Below are positions 42,656 through 64,000 of a stretch of DNA of 64,000 nucleotides, piece after piece (positions within the stretch are counted from its first letter, which is position 1; each line of letters begins with the position of its first letter). Made by a program: the position numbers and the translations under genes. Below the pieces are notes generated by a model. That model saw only the letters and a list, made by a program, of their open reading frames with translations, was not told the DNA's origin and searched no databases. This DNA is from the human T2T-CHM13v2.0 reference genome, Homo sapiens, in NCBI RefSeq assembly GCF_009914755.1, contig NC_060941.1. One strand, written 5' to 3'.

Positions 42656-44134
42656 AACTCCAAATCTCAGAACAAAATTATTTAAATCACATTACATTTA
42701 GGAGTGAATGCACGTCACATTAAACTGTGTGACACAGTTGTGGGTCGTGGGATCTCATTGGCAATATTGGGAAGGGCTGTGTGTGGGACCAGTGGATTTT
42801 GCCCCGATCGAGTCACGCTTTCTTCAGATAGTTGTTGAAGTTGTTCCACCTGCCCTGTTCCTCAAGGCCCAATGAATAAAAACCTGCTCTCCTGCTGTGT
42901 TTCTTGCCTAAAGGGAGATGCTGACTTTCCCTATCTTGTCTAAACAGGTACCTCCTGTCCTGTGTTTCTAGATTCCCAGGAACAATAGGCAATGTTAAGC
43001 TTCCATTTTAACCCTTTAGGAGCAGTGCCTCCGTGAGTTTCCAGATGGCTAGGGGACGATGCGAAGAAACTACAAGGATGCTGCAGGATTGTGTTGTGGG
43101 CAAATGGTGAGGAGGGGCCCCGCCCTGCTGTGATCGGTGGGGGCCTGTGGAGTTAGGTGAGCTTTGTAGGGATACACAGCAGGACTGGGTCCAGGGAGCA
43201 TCCATCCCTCCATCCTTCCCTCCCATGCCCATCGTTCATCCGTCCATCCACCCAAGCGGCCTCTGCTCATCCATAGCCCACTCGTGAGCACTGACAACTG
43301 CTGTTGTCTCCCAGGCCACAAAACCACACCTCAGAGGATGTGGTTCCTTCTCTCATAGTGTGTATAGTTTAGTTCAGAAGACAGGACACATGCGATTGTT
43401 ACGTAAAACAGCATTTCAACAAGTACAATTTTACAAGTGAGAATTACAAGTGAATGTCTTCTAAGAAAGAACTTAGAAAAGTCATCTAAGTTGAGGGGAA
43501 TGATGAGATGAAGCTGGCAGGGCGAGGCAGAGCAGGCTGGGCTGTTGATGTTCATGTTACATGCACTCATCCAGCAAATATTGACTGAATACCTTCTGGG
43601 CCGGGTGCCGGAATTATGCAGTGCATAAACTATACAGAATGTCCCTGCCTTTACAGAGTTTCCGCCCTGGAGTTGTAGATCTTTCTTGCTTGAGCACCTA
43701 GCTAGCCAAGCATCCTGGACAAAGAGTTCTTTTGAAATGTTTCTGATATGGAAATGTAACTTCCATTTTCAATTAACATCAACAAAGGGGAGATTCCCCT
43801 CACACGCATCCTACATCTTGACCTCATATTGTTAAATTGTCCGAAACCAGATTTGCTGGAAGGCAGCATACTCCAAGGATGCCAGCTATTATTAGAGTCT
43901 GCTTGGCTGAAGGGACCTGGCTCAGGTTTAGCCAAGATGGCACAGATAGTCATGGGATTGTGTAACAAGGAACCATAGTTTGGAACGTTGAAAATGTAAA
44001 CTGAAATCAGTCTTTATTTCCTCTTTGCCTTGTTTGTGACTATGGTGGCGTGTTTGTAGCTTCTGTCTTCTCTAGGTTCAGAAACCAGCATCAGAGCTTG
44101 CTTAACAAACAATTCTGGCAGATTCAGCCAGTAG

Positions 44135-44377
<243 letters not shown>

Positions 44378-44847
44378 TAGCACATTTTTAGTGTGTTCTC
44401 ATATTTATTATCCCTTTATCCTCAAAACAATCAAGAGATGGACTAACAGTAGCCAATATTTCTTAGCACTTACTGAGAACTTGGGTTGGATTATTTCATT
44501 CTCACATTGTGTTTGGGGTTGAGAAAGTTTACTGTGACTCTTTTTTTTTTTTTTTTTTTCCCCTGATATCTAATTCCAGGCCAAAACTCCATTTTTCAGG
44601 TAAGGGAGGAAACTGAGACACAAAGAGATTCTGTAACATATCCATGGTCACACAGCTGGCAAATCACTGCTGAATCCCGGATACATACTCCTCTGGAAAT
44701 AACACATCTCAAAAGTCAATTCCCCAAAAGGCAAATTTGCTAAGTAACTGCTTCACTAAATTGTTTTTTTCCTAAATTTGGGTCTTACCCCTATTTCTGC
44801 CCCTACCTGAGCCTTGGCTTCAGAGATTCCTAAAACTTTAGGGGAAT

Positions 44848-45525
<678 letters not shown>

Positions 45526-45529
45526 TTAT

Positions 45530-47000
<1,471 letters not shown>

Positions 47001-47440
47001 AAATACAGCTTTGTAAAAGGTTCTTAAAAATGTGGCAAACAGGCTTCCAGTGAGCGAATTTCAGACATTGACCTGGAGCTTTCTTCTTGATCATACCCCT
47101 CAGGATTTTTCTTCTCAAGTGGAGGATAGACTTTTAGAGGAAAGACGTTATTCAGAGGTCCATCTCCTCTCTCTGATCTGTGAGCGAGGACACAGATATA
47201 ATTTCCGCAGGGCTACTGGGTTTTTAGATGCATGGCGTGATGCCACCTAGGCTCTCTCAAACTGGCTCCTGCAACATGGCTTTCTTCTGTGACAGTCTCA
47301 ACAGGTGGTTCGAGCCTAAAACTAGGCAGGATGTCATATGCCCCCTGTGGATGGGTTTCCTGGCATCGTTGGGTTCACAGAAATGATATTGCCCGAAACA
47401 GTGTCTGGTGTGAGGTCTCCAAGCTTTAAAAAAAAAAAAA

Positions 47441-53100
<5,660 letters not shown>

Positions 53101-53512
53101 TTTTTTTAAATGTAGAAACATTAGGTTATAGCTTGACTGTTACAAATAACCATGTCTTGGTAATAAGGGTCTCACCTCTCCTTCTGGAATTCTCAGTGGC
53201 ACACTGGGATTTAGCAGCATTGGGGGCTGGTCCTGGTCCCACCCAGAACACTGGGCCTCAATATCCTCATCTCTACAGTGAGTGGGTTGGCAGAGATCAT
53301 CTCTAATGTTACTTCCAACCCTGTCGCTATAGGTCCATTGCGAATATTATTATCATCACTATTTTTCAGGTGGAGAAACTGATGAACCAGTTAAATATTT
53401 GAATAAAAACATCTGTTGGCATGGAAAAGTGATTATTTCCTAAGCTACTGAGTAAAACACAGCTGCACTGGCAGTTTTAACTCTGTTTTCTTGTCAATTT
53501 TTGTTCTTTCAG

Positions 53513-54282
<770 letters not shown>

Positions 54283-54786
54283 TGAGTCTTGAGATGCCAG
54301 GCCAGCCTTTCTTTGGATGTCTTACTCCCGTTCTTGAGAGGGGAAGGGGCCGTGCAAAGCACTTAAAGAGTCATTGATGGACCCATGCTGATTTAGTTAA
54401 TTTATTAATTAATTTGGTTTGAAGCCAGCATAGCATCGTGAAGAAATCCAGCCATCTAGCACCCATCCATCTATCTAGTAACATTCATTATGTGTTAGGA
54501 GCTAGGAATACAGAGGTGAACAAGATAAAACATTTTTGCCCTCAAGTTATTCATTGTCTGGTAGAGAAGACAGGTTAAAAGGAAAGTAAGGGGCTAGGTA
54601 CAGTGGCTCATGGCTGTAATCCCAATGCTTTGGGAGACTCAGGTGGGAGGTTCACCTGAGCCCATGATTTTGGGACCAGCTTGGGCAACCTGGCAAGATC
54701 CCACTTCTACAAAAAATAAAAGCAAATTAGCTAGCGGTGGTGGCACGCTCCTGTGGTCTCAGCTACTCGGGAGGCTGAAGTGGGAG

Positions 54787-56041
54787 TGTGTCTGGAATTG
54801 GTGGGTTCTTGGTCTCACTGACTTCAAGAATGAAGCTGCAAACCCTCGCGGTGAGTGTTACAGCTCTTAAGGTGGCACGTCTGGAGTTTGTTCCTTCTGA
54901 TGTTCAGATGTGTTCGGAGTTTCTTCCTTCTGGTGGGTTCATGGTCTCACTGGCTCAGGAGTGAAGCTGCAGACCTTCACGGTGAGTGTTACAGTTCTTA
55001 AGGCGGTGCGTCTGGAGTTGTTCGTTCCTCCCGGTGGGCTCGTGGTCTCGCTGGCTTCAGGAGTGAAGCTGCAGACCTTCATGGTGAGTGTTACAGCTCA
55101 TAAAAGCAGTGTGGACCCAAAGAGTGAGCAGTAGCAAGATTTATTGCAGAGAGCGAAAGAACAAAGCTTCCACAGTGTGGAAAGGGACCTGAGCGGGTTG
55201 CCACTGCTGGCTCGGGCAGCCTGCTTTTATTCTCTTATCTGGCCCCACCCACATCCTGCTGATTGGTAGAGCTGAGTGGCCTGTTTTGACAGGGTGCTGA
55301 TTGGTGTGTTTACAAACCTTGAGCTAGATACAGAGTGCCGATTGGTGTATTTACAATCCCTGAGCTAGACATAAAGGTTCTCCAAGGCCCCACCAGACTC
55401 AGGAGCCCAGCTGGCTTCACCCAGTGGATCCCGCACCGGCGCTGCAGGTGGAGCTGCCTGCCAGTCCCGCGCCCTGCGCCTGCACTCCTCAGCCTTTGGG
55501 TGGTCGATGGGACTGGGCGCTGTGGAGCAGGGGGTGGTGCTCGAGGAGGCTCGGGCCGCACAGGAGCCCACGGAGGGGGTGGGAGGCTCAGGCATGGCGG
55601 GCTGCAGGTCCCGAGCCCTGCCCCACAGGAAGGCAGCTAAGGCTCGGTGAGAAATCGAGTGCAGTGCTGGTGGGCTGGCCCTGCTGAGGGACCTAGTACA
55701 CCCTCCGCAGCTGCTGGCCCGGGTTCTAAGCCCCTCATTGCCCGGGGCCCGCAGGGCCAGCTGGCTGCTCCGAGTGCGGGGCCCGCCAAGCCCACGCCCA
55801 CCCGGAACTCCAGCTGGCCCACAAGCGCAGCACGCAGCCCCAGTTCCCGCTCGCGCCTCTCCCTCCACACCTCCCTGCAAGCCGAGGGAGCCGGCTCTCG
55901 CCTTGGCCAGCCTAGAAAGGGGATCCTACAGTGCAGCGGTGGGCTGAAGGGCTCAAGTGCCACCAAAGTGGGAGCCCAGGCAGAGGAGGCGCCGAGAGCG
56001 AGCGAGGGCTGTGAGGACTGCCAGCACGCTGTCACCTCTCA
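54787..56041 (-). mobile_element. Solo LTR12C (ERV9 LTR), 1255 bp, inserted into an AluJ (54592-54786 and 56042-56150)
   Basis: Minus strand TGAGAGGTGACAGCGTGCTGG...CCAATTCCAGACACA (TG...CA); 4-bp TSD ggag; CCAAT repeats, AATAAA-type TATA box, tandem U5 repeats. Confidence 0.93.
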
Positions 56042-56115
56042 GGAGGATCACTGGAGCCCAGGAGTTCAAGGTTGCAGTGAGCTATGATTGTGCCACTGCA
56101 CTCCAGTGTGGGTCA

Positions 56116-57745
<1,630 letters not shown>

Positions 57746-57989
57746 ACAAAACCCCAAACTGATTTCTTCTCCACTCTTCTCTCTTGCAGTGGTCTTTGGA
57801 TGAGCCCTCCCTTCATCTGTGTGATGGGTTCATCCTGGTGCACTCTCCACTTCCTCTGTTTAATTAGTTTCTACTCACTACTTAGGTCTCAGTTGTACAC
57901 GAGGGCCTCAGGAAAGCTTTCGTGGATGCCTCGGGTGTTCTGTGATGGTCCTTGCTGCTTTCTGTGGTGGCTGTTCAATCATCTGACCA

Positions 57990-58736
<747 letters not shown>

Positions 58737-59479
58737 CCTCCCTCCTAGCTCTGGACTTCAGGAAGAAAAATGCCTCATCTGTTCTTTCCCGCTTATATTC
58801 CTAGCATGTAACACAGTGCTTGGTACGTAGTGGGCAATTAATAAATATTTGTTCATCAATAAATGGGCTCTAGGAGCTCAAGATGCCCTGGAATGTCACC
58901 CCAAATTTTGCATGTAGGAATACTTTTCTGGGGAGAGAGTTCATCCATTCATGAACATTTACCAGATTCTCCAAAGGGCGTGGGTTGCCAAATGCTTAGG
59001 AACTTCCGCTTTCAGTGTTTAGCAGGTTAGCGGGGAAATATTAGTCCCATTATTTAAGCTGAGATTTGCGAGGCCTACACGTTTTTTTTTTCTCATGTGC
59101 TGTCTCTACTGTCACACTCTCATCCTGAGCAGAAAGGGCGACTCAGGGGTCAGATGCCAAATGTGGTTCGTTGGGCTTTCCTTCTCCCCACCCCCTTATG
59201 AAAGTGTTTCTTTCCATCTGAGCCTTGTGACAGTGGCCAGGTGGCTAGCCCTCTGGCCTGAGGTCCACGGCTTTTCATTCTTCTTTGTTGACAGGAAAGC
59301 CGGGCTTCCTGTGAGGCCATGAACTGATTCATCGCTGGTTTCTCCCACTGCCTACTCACGGCCAGTGGGGAACCATGACTTTCAGACACGAACTCTTATT
59401 GCCCAACAGGGTCTGGGGTGACTAGCTGGGACTGCACGCTCAAGCCACCACGCCCGGTTCTGTTGCCTCCTCTTTATTT

Positions 59480-60222
<743 letters not shown>

Positions 60223-60242
60223 AATTAGCTGTATTACGTATC

Positions 60243-62480
<2,238 letters not shown>

Positions 62481-64000
62481 AAGTGCGTGGGTGGCACCCA
62501 GGCAGAAATGGGATTTAGATGTCAGTCATCAAAATGGTTGATGCAACCATCGTTCAGGAGGCTCACCCAGCCAGGGATGTGTGATGGCTGCAGTTTCAGG
62601 TGCCTGCAATCTTATCCCGCCTACTCCAGCTTCATCTCCAACCCTCTCCTCATGTTCCTCACATTGCACATGTTTCTGTTCCTTGAACATATGCTTTTCC
62701 CTGCCTCAGGGCCTTTGCACTGGCTGTTGCCTCTTATTGGCGAGGTCTCTCCTCAGGCTTCAAGCAGCTGATCGCTTCTCATCCTTCTGGCCTCCACTCA
62801 AATACCATGTCCTCAGAGAGGCCTTTCCTGACCGTGCTCTCCAACATTGCCTTCCTACCCCATGCACATCTCCTACCCATTCTCCTGTTCTGTTTCCATG
62901 ACCTGTATCACTGTTGAAATGATCTTCTTTGTTTACTTCTTTGTTGCCTGTCTCTCCCACTGGAATATTGCCTCCTTACAGCAGCCTCCTTATCTGTCTT
63001 ATTTATGTCTTCAGTGGCTAAAACAATGCCTGGCACATGGTAGGTGCTCAAACAATAATTGTTCACGTACTTGGATTCCTGGATCTAAACTTCTAGGTGT
63101 GCACACATGGGTTGACCCGAGCATGAGAGCTGGAACTAGACTGCCTTGGTCTGTTACTTGCTAGCTCTGGGACACTGTGCTAGTTATTAAACCTTGCTGG
63201 ACCTTAGTATGCTTATCTCTGCAATGGGAAAATAATGGCACCTACATCACAGGGCTATGGTGAGGAGGAAATAAGTTAGGTCATATAAGGCAGCAAAAGG
63301 GTCCCTGGCATGTATTGGTGCTTGATGGGTGCTAGCTCTTATGATTCCCTATGACACCGGCCCTGCTCCCCTGTTCGTCACAATTCCCTCCTCTGGCTGG
63401 AGGGTGAGGCCTGTTTTCTCAGCGTCTGTTCCAAAAGCACCTTGCTCTATCTATTCCCAGACTCTCACCCTTCCCCAGGTTGAGCTGTAGGACTCATCTG
63501 GCTTCTTAGAATCTGCTTGTTTCTTCTCATTCCTAGACCAAATCCCCAAGTCAACACCTAAAGGTCTCAGTAACATTTCCCTTTTAGTTTGTGGCCAGCG
63601 CACACGATTCGTTTTTTGTTTGTTTTTAACCTGGTTGCAGGAGATGTGATTTGCCCATTTTTGCACAGAAAGGGCACCATCCGTACCACAATTATGATGT
63701 CGTTATTTGTTAAAGGAAGAAAGGAATCTGGGGGAAGAAAAGCAGAATCTTTCGGTGACTTCATATTTTGGTATCCCTTTTCAGACTTCTAAACTCTATT
63801 TACATGGAGATAAAATAGGGATTATGGCCTAAAATCCCACAGCCTTAAGCCCATTTACAGTAGCCCAGGTCAAAGAGCATTCATGTCACCATATCCCTTT
63901 GGGAGAAACTGAGGCCGAGAGAGACGAAGTGTTTTTACTGTTATAATCAGCTCTCTGCCATGTGGGGGTCGATTATGTGGTTTGTGGGTTTGCTAGCTCA

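Noticed and set aside
54830-55105. Regularly spaced direct repeats resembling a CRISPR array
   Set aside because: These are the tandem U5 repeats of LTR12C; eukaryotic context and no cas genes

Overview
Primate, most likely human, genomic DNA matching the 17q24.2 AMZ2-SLC16A6-ARSG locus. It contains the last three coding exons of AMZ2 (+ strand, archaemetzincin-2). It contains the whole SLC16A6/MCT7 gene (- strand; five coding exons reconstruct a clean 1572-nt/523-aa ORF). It also contains the 5' end of ARSG (+ strand; two candidate non-coding first exons in CpG islands at ~5.6-6.0 kb and ~37-38.9 kb, first coding exon 53513-54281). SLC16A6 therefore lies antisense inside the long ARSG intron and head-to-head with the internal ARSG promoter. 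The rest is very Alu-rich, with L1, L2, MIR, MER, MLT and a solo LTR12C; most short ORFs in the track are repeat artefacts. I find no evidence of a new protein-coding system. Less obvious signals: (1) two independent 35-nt tailless U3 snoRNA 5'-end retrocopies with long target-site duplications and the same truncation point; (2) three locally templated insertion scars inside Alus, one copied from SLC16A6 exon 4; (3) a uORF-packed ARSG leader with a possible bypass acceptor; (4) an LTR12C promoter aimed toward SLC16A6; (5) an in-frame alternative donor next to the AMZ2 active site. Gene names, repeat families and variant status come from recalled sequences, not database searches; repeat boundaries are approximate.
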